A DNA stretch of 64,000 nucleotides from Massalongia carnosa (taxonomy: Eukaryota): positions 558,001 to 622,000 of the forward strand of contig OZ287069.1 of the NCBI GenBank assembly GCA_965645245.1, read 5' to 3'. Positions 13,571 through 26,927 of this stretch are shown in pieces. The translations under genes and the position numbers were made by a program. The notes under the pieces were generated by a model, which saw nothing but the letters and a program-made list of their open reading frames with translations, made no database searches and was not told where the DNA came from. Numbering within the stretch: the stretch's first letter is position 1; each line of letters starts with the position of its first letter.

Positions 13571-16500
13571 TAACATAACTCTCCTATCACTATGTGATGT
13601 CATATATTACGATGTGAAACATTTACGACTCTGCATAGAGATAACCATTCCCGACATAAGACTACCGCCCACCCGCGCACTCAGGGCAAGCTATCGACGT
13701 GATAAAACGCGGAAATCTTGTTAGGAAATCTCGATGACTGGTTACGGAAACCCGGTGTTTTGATGGTTGGACAGATGACGACAAAACCACTTGCCTAGAC
13801 ACGGTACACGGAATTTTTCTGTTAACTAAGAAACCAAATTCATCGTTTCTACTTTGTCGGCTTCTTTTCTAATTCAGATCTCTGTATAAAAATTAAACCC
13901 AGAGCCCTCTTTTGAGGATACCTATGTATCGGTACTGCCACTTTACAGCAAGCCCTATGGTTGGGGTGAAGGGACTTTTCGATTTTGCGAAGATACCAAG
14001 CCTTTTTTAAGGCGCGTTTGCCTCTGTTACAACCTTGGCCGTGGTAAAGGGCTTTGCGATCGAGATGGTGCAATATTGGCTTGGGAAATTCGACATGATA
14101 TGTGCGCACGGCGTTTGCATGGGTAGCGCTTAGACAATCATTTTGTCGAAAGAGACGATACTTGGGCAAGGAGGTAAGAGCTGCCCGATGTGCTATCATC
14201 GTGGTTCTACCCTGCTCGTATAGGCCTGGCAAGTTTTTAACGAAAGGATTCCTTGAACAGAGGTAAGGCTGCCGAACCTATGGAACGATAGGGAGGAGCT
14301 TTTAGATGACGGGATGAAGGCGGACTGGTGGGCTACGAGATTTAAGCAACATGCTTTGTTTACTGGATGCTTGGTGCTCCGGTGGTACGTTCTTGTTGTT
14401 CATTCGTTCGTTGGTTCTAGCTTCGCACGTCGACTTTAAATATAATGAATCCTATCTCCCTCACAACCCGACATTAGGAGATCTTTGCTTTCAGAGGGGA
14501 GCCTTCTGATGAGGGTGCTACGTATGGTTTCCTTCTTTGGACTGATTTATTACCTAAAAATAAAGAGAAAAAGGAAAATGAAGAAAGGAACCGAACTGAA
14601 TACCTATGGGTTTGTTTCTGATGTATTCCGCTTCAACTTTAAGGCTTTTTCCCACGACATTCGTCACCAAGTCCTGATTAATCGTTCGCTTTTTTTCTCA
14701 CTTGAATTTTTTGTTTCGTTGCGATCTCCACCTCGCGGCTTACGCTTCCACCATCCTGGTGTTTCCAAACCTCTGCTGCTTTACCTTCGCTCTCTCGACC
14801 TTGGGTCATTGAATATCCTCTTCCTCTCGGTCGTTTTGGATTCGTATCCTCTCATGTAGTTAATTTATTCCGTTCATGTTCTGTTCGGGATTAAGTGGGA
14901 ATCGTTATGCTAGGTTTCTTCTTTATATACACACCTATGCGCTTCGCATATTTTGGTCTGGTTATCTGTGGGTCCTTGGAGAGCAGGACAGGAACGGGAC
15001 AGGCCAGGGTGGTGCAGAACTCTAACTCCATTTCTGTACGCGGGCTGGATTATTGAAAGGACATCTTTACCCCCCCCCCACCAACCAATCCTTCCCGCTT
15101 ATGTTTTGCTTATGCTCCATGCGATCTTACCTGCTTGCTTAACTAGCTTAAAGGGCTTTTCGAGAAGAGCGAAATTTTTGCCAGTGCCTTATTTCTGGTT
15201 GGTTGGTTGGTTTTGACAGTTTACGCAGGAGGACGAGAACACTAGGATAAGCAGGCATTTTCCTTGGCGGGGAAAAAAGGGGGAGTGGGAAGGGCGGGGT
15301 TGTGGGTGGATGCTGAAGCGTGTGTAATGAACGATAGGTCTGGGGAAGGGTTTTTATCATCTACGTACAAGGGGGTGCCCTAGGTGAAGAAAGGAATTTG
15401 GTTAGTGGTTTGTTGATGTTTTGTTTTAAAGAGAAGGGGGGGGTGAGTATAAAAGGATAGAGGGAGATAGAGGAATGTGGGAAACTAAAGGGAGGAATAT
15501 GAGGTTTTGTGTGGTAGATTGTGGTGAGATTTTCCAGGACAAGTTTTTTAGTTGTACTCATCTTTTCAGCGTTTTTTTTTTTTAATCTGAATGCTGTCTT
15601 GTTTACTTTCACCCTTTCTACTTTCTCCTATCTTCTTCCTTTCCGTCTTTCCTCTCTTTCCTCCTCCCCCCCCCCCCCCTCGGCTTAAACACACCGAATG
15701 AATGAGTCAGGCATTTCTAGAGTTACCCATACCTCGGAGAAAGAAATTGCCCGGGAAGGAGAGAAAAAAGGGATAAGGATGTACGTAGAGAATAGGACGG
15801 GATAAAACAGGACAGGACAGGATAAGATTGGGGGTGAAGGACAAAAGGTCAAGCCTTGACAGGAGCATAGATAGGAAGCACAGGAGGACGAGCGGTGGGG
15901 AGAAAGGAATCAAAAGGCAAGGGAAAAAAAAGCCTGCAATCTATTCTAACTAATTGATCTAGCTAACGGTGATTGAGATAACCGTTCATTCATTCGTCCG
16001 GTCAAATGAAACAAACACTGACGACTTAGTTCCGTGGCAACTCAAGCAATCCCCCTTTTCCACCCTTAAAAACCACCACTTGTTTACTCCTTTCGTTTCT
16101 ACCTTTTCTACCTTCCTTATATTATTATCCTATATTATTTCTATCATCCTCCCATCCCCAAATAAACAGAATAACCGATTTTTTTTTTTGCTTCTAGCCC
16201 AACCCAGCCCAGCCCAGCCCTGTCCAGGTACATATCCAACTCCAGCTCCAGCTCCCGTTCCGGTTTATTTTGGTTCTGCCCGGATTCCGGGGTGAAGGCA
16301 GGAGATCATCGGGAGAAGATGAATGAGTGAGGGTGAGAGGATGAAGGGATAGATTGTAAGAGGAAGAGGAGGAGGAGGAGAGAGGGGCGGCGGGAGTTAA
16401 ATCAAGGAAAAGAGGAGGGCCTGACTGATTAGTTCGGGAAGGATCTACGGGAAAAAGAAAAAAAAAACAAGGGCGAGAACATATCGACAAGGTTGACAAA

Positions 16501-17564
16501 GCCACCACGAAGAACGCCGCCCTCAAGCCCCCCCTGAACGAACGAACAAAGATCGCCTCCAGCCGTCGCGCCCCAAACACGGACCAAGATCCCAACAAAA
16601 GAAAAACTTCCACGAAACATCCCCCAACCAGAAAAACCCCAAAACCCCAAGAACCTCACCCGGGGGCTCTTATGATCTCTATATATATATAGCGAGCAGC
16701 TATCACCCGAAAAAAAAAGGGTGGGGTGGGGTGGGGTGGGGGGGGATAGAACGAAAAAATCTCCTAGAGAGAGAGGCACAGTGCGCTTTTTTTTTCTTCT
16801 TTCTCCTCCTCCTCCTCGTCGGGAGGGGGTTAGTAAGTGCATAAAGTGGTATATGTGGGAGAGTGAGAGGGGAGGGAGATTGGGAGAATGGACGGGTCTG
16901 GTAGAGACGTTTTGGCTTGTAGGTTTGTGCATGCCCTTGGATGCGGGAGCAAGATGAGGAGGATGGATGCTTATATCTGTTTCAACGCGCTTGGAGTGCG
17001 AAGCTTTTGGGAAAGAGAGAGGTCTTGGATGATCGCACCGTAACTTGATTGGAGAACGGTAAGGATTCGACGACGATCAGGGGTTTGGTATGAATAACAT
17101 CGAGGCTGCTTTTGGTGGGAGTGGTAGAAACTACGGTGGAGAGATAGGATCAAGCGAGGTAAACGTAGATGGATGAATTGGAGGGGGGACAGGATTATCC
17201 CCGGAGAAATCGATGTAATGGATGATGGTAATGGTATGGAGAGGGCAGGATGATAGAGAGATGCAACGGTGGATATACAGGGTCGATAGATATACATTGG
17301 AGGGAACGGGGATTGTCCTGGAGAAATCGAACCCCACCCCCCCAAAATAAGCCATGCATGCAGTCCGACCAACCCAACAAACAGCAATCCTGTACTCTGT
17401 ACAAACAAACAATGATGAAGGAAATCGCTCGTCGAGAACCGGGTATCAAAATTTTCAAAACAACAATCCCATGAAACGGAATGAATGGCGAGCAAACAAA
17501 GTCTCCCCCGAAATTACCCAACAAATAAATCATAGAAGCTCGTGGCAAAAATACCCCTGAGAGA

Positions 17565-19943
17565 TCACATAACCATCAAGCGCGTCGTCCTCCTCTCCGG
17601 GTGCTTTCGTCCGGGCCCCAATCGGGATGTTTGCATCAAAGTTTTCAAAGCATGTCGTTCGCAATAAGTCTTGCCGTTCACCTCAAAGTACTCGTCGTGC
17701 AGAATCTCGCGGCAGCTCTATATCGTTAAGAATCAGTTAGCTTCCATCTCACCTTGGCTCGTTGGATCTACAGGGAACTCGCGCCCACTCACTTGACAAA
17801 CGAAACAGTTGGGGTGGAATTTCTGCTTCAGATTGGTCTCGAGGTACTGCCCTTCAATCCCCCCGTCGCAGCTGGTGCACAGAGAGTGGTTGAGGGTATG
17901 GTAATGGCGTTGGCAATAGGGTTGATTGTCAAGGATGTAGAAGTCGGCGGTGCGGAAAGGCGCTTTGCAGGTGGTGCACACAAAGCAGTGCTTGTGATAA
18001 CGTCCTGTCAGTCGCCCGTCGGCCGAACTGACCGATTTCCCATGGATAAGCTCCTCGCAGCCTCGGCACTTGCCTTTGTTGGCCGTCTTCGCTCGTCGGG
18101 CAGGGAAGGCCGGGGATTGGGGAGGCAGAGGAGCGGGGGATAGGAGAAGATTACCGGACTGCAAAGGATAAAAAGGGCTGAAGCAGCCGTCTGGTGAAGT
18201 TACTGGCGATGGATGCTGAATTGCTGGATCGATCGCCGGGATTAAAGTCGGCTTGCCCAACTCCCCTACGACTGCCTGCTCTGGAGGTTTAGAGTACGTA
18301 GGTCTGCTGTAACCAGGTGGTGAAATAGGACGTAAACCAGACGGCTCCGTGATGGTCGGTTTTGCGGCCACGCTAGCGTCGGTTTTGGGATTATCCCCGT
18401 GGTGGACATCGGATAGCTTGCGGATTGGCTTCTTGGGTGATTCAGCGCGCGGAGGAGTCGATTTCGAGGATGCACTACCGAAATCTGACCTGGAAGACTC
18501 GTTGGAGGCAACTGATTCTGTCGGCGTGTGATACGGATTTTCAATGTTGTAAATGTGAGGCTGAGCAGATACGGGAACGGTAGGCGAATCGGTTTGTCCG
18601 ATATCCTGCCTTCCTTCATTCCCACTCGTGCTCCTAATGGATAACTTGTTGTCGTTGTTGGCCTCGATAGGAGCTGGCTTCCGGCCCTTTACCGACCGCG
18701 ATGGTTTGAAAGAGCTAATACTTCCTATCTCATGAAGCGGTCTGATAGCTGACGCTAAAGAAATGGATAGTTTTGGGCCATGAGAAGCGGGTTCGGAGGC
18801 TTTCCTCATAGGGAACGCTACCGATCCTTCCCGTTGTCTATCATCTGATTTGTCCAAGGGATACGTGCTTGAGCGTTTTTCCGGCCTCAATGGTTCAATC
18901 GGTTGCCGACCCGACTCGGGCCCAAAGTTGGCACTGATACTATCGGGTGCTTGCGAAGCCACCAGATGTGCTGGTGGAGTCGGCAAGGTAGGTACATGCG
19001 AGGCATCTCGGTTCAGCGTGCTTCGCGGACCTCCATTTATCGTCGAAAGTGACGGCTGACTAGACTTCATCGAGCCTGCGGTTGACGGTCGCTGGAAATG
19101 CCCCTTGCCGATCCCGACGGTTGACTCGTGGGTGAAATCCTTGCTACTGCTCATCGTCGCCGTTCTTTTATGTCCGGTGTGTCGGAAGTTTGCGTAGCCG
19201 CTTAATTGGAACGGTCCTGGCGCAATTGTGTCCATTCGCTGTAACACGCTCCCGCCGCCATTGTCTCGCGGGCTCAATGGCGCGTAGGAACTTTGCGGAT
19301 CGGTATTGGCTTGGTCGTCCCACCGAGGAAACGCAAATGATTGCATAACCGTCAACGGGGCCGTTGGAGTTGTGCTGCGCAATTTGGAGGTAGGAAATGG
19401 TGGGAATGCAGAATCTTGGGATATTGAAACGCCAGAGAAGGCCGAATCAATCGGTCGCGATGAAATTCCAGTTCGTGTCGAAGACTGAAATGGCGAACGT
19501 CGTCCGTCTTCTGAAGGATGGCGGGTGCTACTTGATTTACGACTTGGAATATGATAGGGGTTCAGAACGGGAGGTCCTTCGCGCATGGACGTTAGCATAA
19601 TTGCAAGACGGACCATCCGCCGCTTCACCTACTTGGGGCCGATGCATCCACCCGAGAGGGTTGCATCGAACTCGCATTGCTGGCCGACGAGGCATCCGAT
19701 GGCCTAGAGAATGAAGGCGAGAAGGATCCGTTGCGCGGGAGGAAATCAAATTTGGGGATCGCAGGAACTATCAAGAATCAGTACGATGACGAACGATGGA
19801 CGTTCCATATCAAAGCCTGCTATACCTTGAGAACACACATGATCGCCCATCAACGAGATCTCGATTTTTACATTGCAGTTGGAGCATTTGACCGTGGGTA
19901 GAAAGCTCGATGACCGTGCGGTTGGGGCGATGAGGGTGGCCAT
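17565..19943 (-). CDS. Fungal LIM-domain protein (paxillin-like), two C-terminal LIM domains
   Basis: Exons 19943-19826, 19767-19633, 19576-17793, 17717-17565, in frame. N-terminal FLPTVKCSNC...MGDHVC motif; LIM fingers CRGC...YHKHCFVCTTC...YCQRH and CTSC...FHPNCFVCQSC...YCERH; ends PERRTTRLMVM. Confidence 0.9.
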
Positions 19944-22887
19944 TGCCCGTCCGTTGCCTGCGCCGAGTCCTTTGAGCTTTGAACCGATGAAGGCATGCGG
20001 CCAAGCGTGATTAATCCGCCCTGGTTCCGAATGTCATGCGACTTGGTGTTTGACGTGGCAAGCCTTTACAACTTCTCAGGATAAGGTACATCAACGCTTT
20101 TGCGCAAAGGTGACAACAGAGAAGACTCAAAGACCAGGCTCGAATATCAGGTCACCGGTGGTTTATTTGGCTCTTCGTAGGCGCTGAGTGCAGAAGCAGT
20201 CGTGCCAGATGGGCGGGCGGGTTTCTCGAAGGTTTCATTCGCGTTTGGTTTGGATGCCAACGCTGATTGGGTCAAATCGGTGATTTCGTAATGAACCGCC
20301 GACGATCAGCATCTCTCCCGTCCACTAAGATGCTGCAATTCATGTGCTAATATCGCTAATTTCAATGGCGCTGAGGTCTTTGATCGAGCACTCGGCATGA
20401 CGGGTGAGAAGCGACGAGATGGGGGGAGGGGAGGGGAATGCATGATGATGGAGGGTGAGGAACAAATGTATTATTTCTTCTCATACGCTGTACAGAGTAC
20501 GCTTAATGCCACCTTTCGATGCCCTTGCTACTCCCATGCTTTTCTTTTGCATTTCCTTTGCCCTAATGGATTCTCTAAGCAGTACGCTATACACGTATTT
20601 GGAACAATGGTGAAGTCAACACTACCTAAATAGGCAGCCTGCGACGGACCGCGAGAACAGAGTTACTCGGTGCTTTCAACTGAGTTAGGTCTAGGCACAT
20701 CCATCTCCATCTCCACATATTCGGCAATTCGCCGGTTATTCATGCAAGTCATGTCGTTTTCTACTAGCAGGGGTAATTGATGCCGGTCACAAGACTTCAA
20801 GCTTCTTGGCATGTCCTAAAGAAGGAATCCCACTGGATGAAATTGGACGCTATAGATTCGACAGGGGGTCTGGTCAACACCTTGTGACCTTCAGACCACT
20901 GGAATCTGGTACCGTCTACTTTTGCATTGCTTACCAACAAACTTACAAGTTCAGACGCAACTCACGGGTACAACAGATGTGGAAGAAGCCCAACGGAAGT
21001 CTTCAGGCCCTGTTGGGGTGCATATGGTTTGCGCCTGGTCGTCGTGGTGTCCGTTTTTGGTCGCGGAAAAAAGCTTGGAGCGTTCTTTGGTCATGCCTGC
21101 ATGATCGTTTCACAGAAGGTGGATTCATCGTGCCGCATCAATAAAGATGTTCAGTATGTGGGAAACCTTCCCGCAGTGCAATAAGGAAAAGCAAGGCCTT
21201 GGACGCGCAAGCTGGCGGCGAACAAAGAGAAGCTTCGGGCAGTATGGGCTGTAGGGAAGCTCTTTCTATTGCAAAGATTGGAATCTTGGTAACGACAAGA
21301 AGGCCAACAACCCGCCGCTATACCCAGGGAACGAGGACGAGAGATCTGTCGAGTCACCGATCGAAAAAGGCTGTACACTTTCACCCTAGACTTGGCTTGA
21401 AAGGACTTTTTAGCTCCTACCTATAAAAATTCTCATCTCCAGCTTTCTTTGGTGATCCAGTTCTCCTTTCAATTCCTCAATTGAAGGCTGGGCAGGCCTT
21501 GCCGTGTTAACCGGGAGAAGAGCGTTTGGCACAGCATCGAATACTTTAGCCAGCTTTGCAGACTGAGCCTATTGAAAAATCGGCCTATATATTTGAGATC
21601 TCTCAGGAGCTTATCGCAGCCGCAGCTGCAATAGCTTCTGTTTAGCTGATGATCTAGAGCGTACTCACTGTGCTTTTGTGGAGATGCAGGGTATTATCAC
21701 AACTGCATCGACTTTATGATTATGCGAGTATATGAAATGCACTTCACTTAACCTATGAATGAAGCGTACAAAAAGACTACACCACCGAAATAGAGCACGT
21801 ACTTGGCAAGTGTCCATGCAACCTACAGACAGGGAGTAATCTCTAAATATTGGTATAGGCTTTGGAAGAAAACATCTCGGCACTTGCCCTGATCAAGTCC
21901 TAACCCTGATGTATGCTTCTGAGAGCGATGTCAAGGTCTATGCGGCCCCAAGGGATACCCTGCATTGTCTAATCTCTACTTCATTCTTGATAAGTTTACA
22001 ACATAAAGTGTCTTACATATGAAAACAGGTGAGCATGCAGTGTTGGTGCTTTCAATTTTCAGCCTCATCATCCCTTCGTCAGCTTATCATATCCATAGAG
22101 TTGAACAGGGTCGAGTATGACAAAGGCTGCATGCGCCTCCAAGCTTGGCATCCATATCAAGGGCAACGATAAGCAGCGGCTTCGTTTCCAAAAGAAAGGC
22201 TCCAGGCTTAAGTTTTGGAAATTGCGCATCATGATCGCTGTCATCCTCCAAGCTCAATCGAAATTAAGAAGTAAAACCTGACTTTTTTAAGAGTTTTGGC
22301 CGTGTCCGTTGTTGACCATCGATCCTATCCAGGATAATTAACGCTCTTCCTTTTTCCTCGGAGCTAGCTATGTTCCATTCTCATTATTGACCTGTCTCCT
22401 GTATAGCAGTGGATCTTATCAGTCAGTGCCGTTATCTATAAGTCCTGTTTTCTACAGCTTATTTACCCCAAGGTTCTGCGATTCGTTTCCTCCACCATTC
22501 TGATCAGCAACAGCTGCTTACACAACCTGTATCTTTCTGCCCAAATTTATAGCCATTGCCGTCACTGGCCTTATTAGAAGCATCCCAGCTTCCTGGCTGG
22601 CTAGTATGCTATAAAACTCGAATTTCGAATAGTTGTTTGTTTCAACCTCCAAATTAAGCCACTGTTGGTTGCAGTATGAAAGAAACCAATCGTCATATAT
22701 ATCGAGCCTAATTTACCCTAAACACCAAATTCATCTATCATGGCATATTGTTGTCTATCATGTTTTGCATATGAAGCTCCGTTACCATCATGAATAGCCT
22801 AAAAAGGTCGTTCGGAGCAGTCTCAAAGGCTGCAGAGTGGTCACGCGAGCGCTTTCTTATCAAACGTTGTTGTCTAAACCAGACATA

Positions 22888-24225
22888 CAGTCCCGTGCCA
22901 AAAGTCTGCGGCCCAACCCGTAATTTTCGTGATTTCGCGTTTTCAACTCATCAACCCCCCATCTTCCACCTCATCATTTCACCATGCTTCGTGCTTCTTT
23001 GACCCCAATAAGTGGTAATCGGCCTCGTAACACTGAATTGACGCCATATCAACGTGGTATGATTGTTGGGGCCCAGGCGTTAGGGCACACACCGACCGAG
23101 ATTGGAAAGACTCTTAATTTCACTAAATCGACCGTGCAGAGCACCATTCAGAAGCACTCAATTCGCAACGACGGCGTGTCTAAATCACGTTCTGGACGGC
23201 CTGAAGTGCTGTCAGAACGCGATCGACGTTATATCATCAAGCATGCACGAATCAATCCACGAATCACTTATGCACAAATCAAACTAGAAGTGGGGCTCGG
23301 CTGCAGTCGTACGACTATTTATCGGGCATTCAAACTGTATGGTTTAACCAACTGGGTGGCTAAAAAACGACCTTTATTGACGCCTGAGGTGGCCAAGAAA
23401 CGATTGGATTGGTGCTTGCTGCGGCGTGAGTGGACTTTTGAGCAGTGGTCAAGAGTTATATGGTCAGATGAGTGCTCGGTGGAAAAGGGGTCAGGAAAAC
23501 AGCGTCAGTGGGTGTTCAGATTGCCGAAAGAAAAATGGAATAAAGAGATGATACAACCTGTCCCCAAAGGCAAAGGAGTCAGTGTCATGGTCTGGGCAGC
23601 TTTTTGGGGAGATGACAGGTCAGATCTTTACAAATTGGCTCGTGATTTTGCTGCGAAGAAGATGGGGTACTCGGCGAACTCATATATGGAATTATTGAAC
23701 GATAATCTGCTTGGAATTTGGCAACCGGGCCTCATTTTCATGCAGGATAACGCACCTATACATAAGGCTAAAAAGGTGATGGAATGGTTCAATGAGAACG
23801 GCATAGAGGTCATCGATTGGCCCCCCTATTCACCTGATTTAAATCCTATCGAGCACGTTTGGTATGTGCTCAAAAAGCTCGTCTATCAAGTCAACCCGAA
23901 CATAGATTTGGTGAGCGGCAGTGATGAAACTGTTCGTGAGGTACTTTGGAAAGCGTTAGAAGAAGCCTGGACGTTGATAGATGTGAAAATGATGAGGAGG
24001 TTAATAGAGAGCATGAATAGGAGGATAAAAGCGTGTATAGCGTCGGAAGGATGGTATACTAAATATTAAAAATCAATTTTTGGGGGAATTCGTGTTTAGT
24101 ATGTATGTAATCATTATGTAAAGTTTCAAGACATTTCAGCAATCGTGACGTGGTTGATTGTTGATTGAATAGAATGATTGAAATGTTGGTGGGGTGCGGG
24201 GCCGCAGACTTTTGGCCTAGTACTG
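22888..24225 (+). mobile_element. Tc1/mariner-superfamily DNA transposon, copy B (1338 bp, potentially autonomous)
   Basis: TA at 22886-22887 and 24226-24227. Left TIR CAGTCCCGTGCCAAAAGTCTGCGGCCC, right (reverse complement) CAGTACTAGGCCAAAAGTCTGCGGCCC. Intact transposase ORF inside. Confidence 0.95.
22984..24069 (+). CDS. Tc1-type transposase (HTH + DD34E), intact, 361 aa
   Basis: Uninterrupted ORF with SGRP linker, IWSDECS (D1), FMQDNAP (D2) and SPDLNPIE (E); 34 residues counted between D2 and E. Confidence 0.95.
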   Translation: MLRASLTPISGNRPRNTELTPYQRGMIVGAQALGHTPTEIGKTLNFTKSTVQSTIQKHSIRNDGVSKSRSGRPEVLSERDRRYIIKHARINPRITYAQIKLEVGLGCSRTTIYRAFKLYGLTNWVAKKRPLLTPEVAKKRLDWCLLRREWTFEQWSRVIWSDECSVEKGSGKQRQWVFRLPKEKWNKEMIQPVPKGKGVSVMVWAAFWGDDRSDLYKLARDFAAKKMGYSANSYMELLNDNLLGIWQPGLIFMQDNAPIHKAKKVMEWFNENGIEVIDWPPYSPDLNPIEHVWYVLKKLVYQVNPNIDLVSGSDETVREVLWKALEEAWTLIDVKMMRRLIESMNRRIKACIASEGWYTKY

Positions 24226-24704
24226 TACATTGAGAAGCGGGGGTCGTCCGGCATTCGGCTATCGGAGACTTCCAGGCATTAAATAATTCAGTACTTCAGG
24301 CCCATAATCTATAAGAGCAACCATTATCCTTTCTTTGTCTTAACCTACACAAATCATTCTCAATCTGTCTAAAGACTTCTAATCAACACCCTCTCATTCC
24401 AATTCAGATCACACCTTGAGTGTGGTCAACCCAATCGCCAAAACGTATTCCAATCTACTTAACTCGTACGTACTTTGAATTATGCTTCACAAAATTAACG
24501 ATGCACGAGGACAGCTGTTACGTAGGGCGCTACCACAGACTGTGCTGAAATGCTGAAAATCCAGGGCCCACCATCAGTACAACGGAGGCCGACGCTCTGC
24601 CCCCCCATCAGGTGCATCGGATTCTTGTAACGACAAATAGAACATCTTAGCTTCACTGAACTCACAAAATTTCTGAATCAAACCAAACGACTTCATTCCA
24701 AATC

Positions 24705-26420
24705 ATGGCTCCTCATGCAGAAGACACCACGAAATTTACCAATGGCTCAAGCAATACCTTAACCGCAGGTGGAGACAAGGATTTATTCACTGTTGACTCT
24801 CCCAGCGTCGTCTACAGCGAGGATCAGATCAAGAGTAAGTACGTTTATCGCACTACATCTGTCTCACAAAGTGGCAATGGCAAGTATATTGCCACACCTA
24901 AGGAGACAGTCTATGACTTTAAGGTTGAGCGTAAAGTGGGAAAAGTTGGTATGATGCTTGTTGGGTGGGGTGGCAACAATGGATCTACTGTGACGGCAGG
25001 TATCATTGCAAACCGTCGTGGTCTTGTCTGGAGTACTCGGGAAGGGGAGCGAGCTGCGAATTACTATGGCTCTGTCATGATGAGCTCGACCATGAAGCTT
25101 GGCACCGATGCCAAGACTGGGAAGGACGTTAACATACCTTTTCATGATGTTCTACCCATGGTCCACCCTAACGACCTTGTCATTGGTGGGTGGGACATTA
25201 GTGCCACGAACCTGGCTGATGCAATGGATAGAGCTGCTGTGCTGGAACCGACCCTGAAATGGATGGTTAGCAAGGAAATGTCCGAAATGAGACCGCTCCC
25301 AAGCATCTACTATCCAGACTTCATTGCGGCAAATCAAGAGGAACGTGCAGATAATCTTTTAGACGGTTCAAAAGCCTCCATGACTCATGTGGATAAAATT
25401 CGGCAGGATATCAGGTAACTCATTATTTCACGTTAGATGATTGATACTTATCACTTTCGCAGGGATTTCAAAGAGAAGAACAATCTTGACAAGGTTATTG
25501 TTCAGTGGACTGCAAACACTGAACGTTTTGCTGAGCTTATTACTGGCGTCAATGATACCGCGGATAACCTTTGGAAGTCGGTCGAATCCGGCCACGAGGA
25601 GATCGCTCCGTCCACCATCTTCGCCATTGCTTGCATTCTCGAGAATGTCCCGTTCATCAATGGATCGCCCCAAAACACCTTTGTCCCAGGGGCGATTGAA
25701 CTCGCGGAGAAGCATGGTGCTTTTATCGGTGGGGATGATTTCAAGTCTGGGCAGACGAAAATGAAGTCTGCGCTTGTTGACTTCATGATCAATGCCGGGA
25801 TCAAGCTCACCTCCATCGCCAGCTACAACCATCTAGGCAATAATGATGGAATGAACCTGAGTTCTCAAAAACAATTCCGCTCGAAGGAAATCTCCAAGTC
25901 CAACGTCGTGGACGACATGGTGGAGGCTAATAATGTCCTTTACAAGCCTGGAGAACATCCCGATCATACGGTCGTGATCAAGTATATGCCGGCGGTAGGG
26001 GATAACAAACGGGCCCTGGACGAGTATTATGCGGAAATTTTCATGGGCGGACATCAAACCATCAGCTTGTTCAATGTTTGCGAGGACTCACTTCTCGCTT
26101 CTCCGCTGATCATTGATCTGGTGGTTATTGCCGAGCTGATGACTCGTATCACTTGGAAAGCTTCGGATGGTGACGAAACTAAAGCCAAGGACTACAAAGG
26201 ATTTCACAGCGTACTTAGCATTTTGAGTTATATGCTCAAGGTACGTTGGCTCCCATTCATGCTCATAGTCATGCTGACTCGACAGGCGCCATTGACTCCT
26301 CCGGGTACACCTGTGATCAATGCTTTAGCCAAGCAACGGGGGGCTTTGACCAACATCTTCCGTGCGTGTGTTGGTCTTCAGCCTGAGTCCGACATGACCC
26401 TTGAGCATAAACTCTTTTAG
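24705..26420 (+). CDS. INO1: myo-inositol-1-phosphate synthase
   Basis: Exons 24705-25414, 25463-26240, 26286-26420. Signature motifs [53 protein letters not shown]. Confidence 0.97.
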
Positions 26421-26927
26421 AGGTTCAAATGCTGGCTCCTCTTAGTGGGTTTCCGGTAGTAACGTAGGGGGTCGGGTTTGCGTTATGGATTACGGTTTCA
26501 TGGGTAGATTTTCTACCACTTACGCTCATTTAGATAGCTTTGTCTCGCAAAAGATGCCAGATTTGGCTCTAACATATGCCATCCGTCAAGTATGTGATTT
26601 CCAGACTAACCTCCGTTCCCGCTACTTCTAACCAAGCCCTAATGAATCTTGAGTTATGGCATGAACGGTCACAAGCGAGGGAAGGGAGCAAAAGGTAATG
26701 CATCGAGGGAAGCTTCACTTTCATTTTGACAGAATTCAGCGAATAACCTTATGCCCTATTAGCCTAGCAGAAATCTATTAATCTATGAACAGTTTTATGG
26801 CTTCTGATTCATTCTCTTGCCACACCGTCGTAGACACACAGCTCTCTCCTCACCATCTTGCTCCCCATATTTCTTACAGCAATACGCTTAGCAGACTCTA
26901 TAATACCCTCAACTTATCCTGGTCTTC

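Noticed and set aside
17754..19600. Plus-strand ORFs antisense to the LIM gene (and similar ones opposite INO1 and the 42860-44849 and BRCT genes)
   Set aside because: These are shadow ORFs of real coding sequence.
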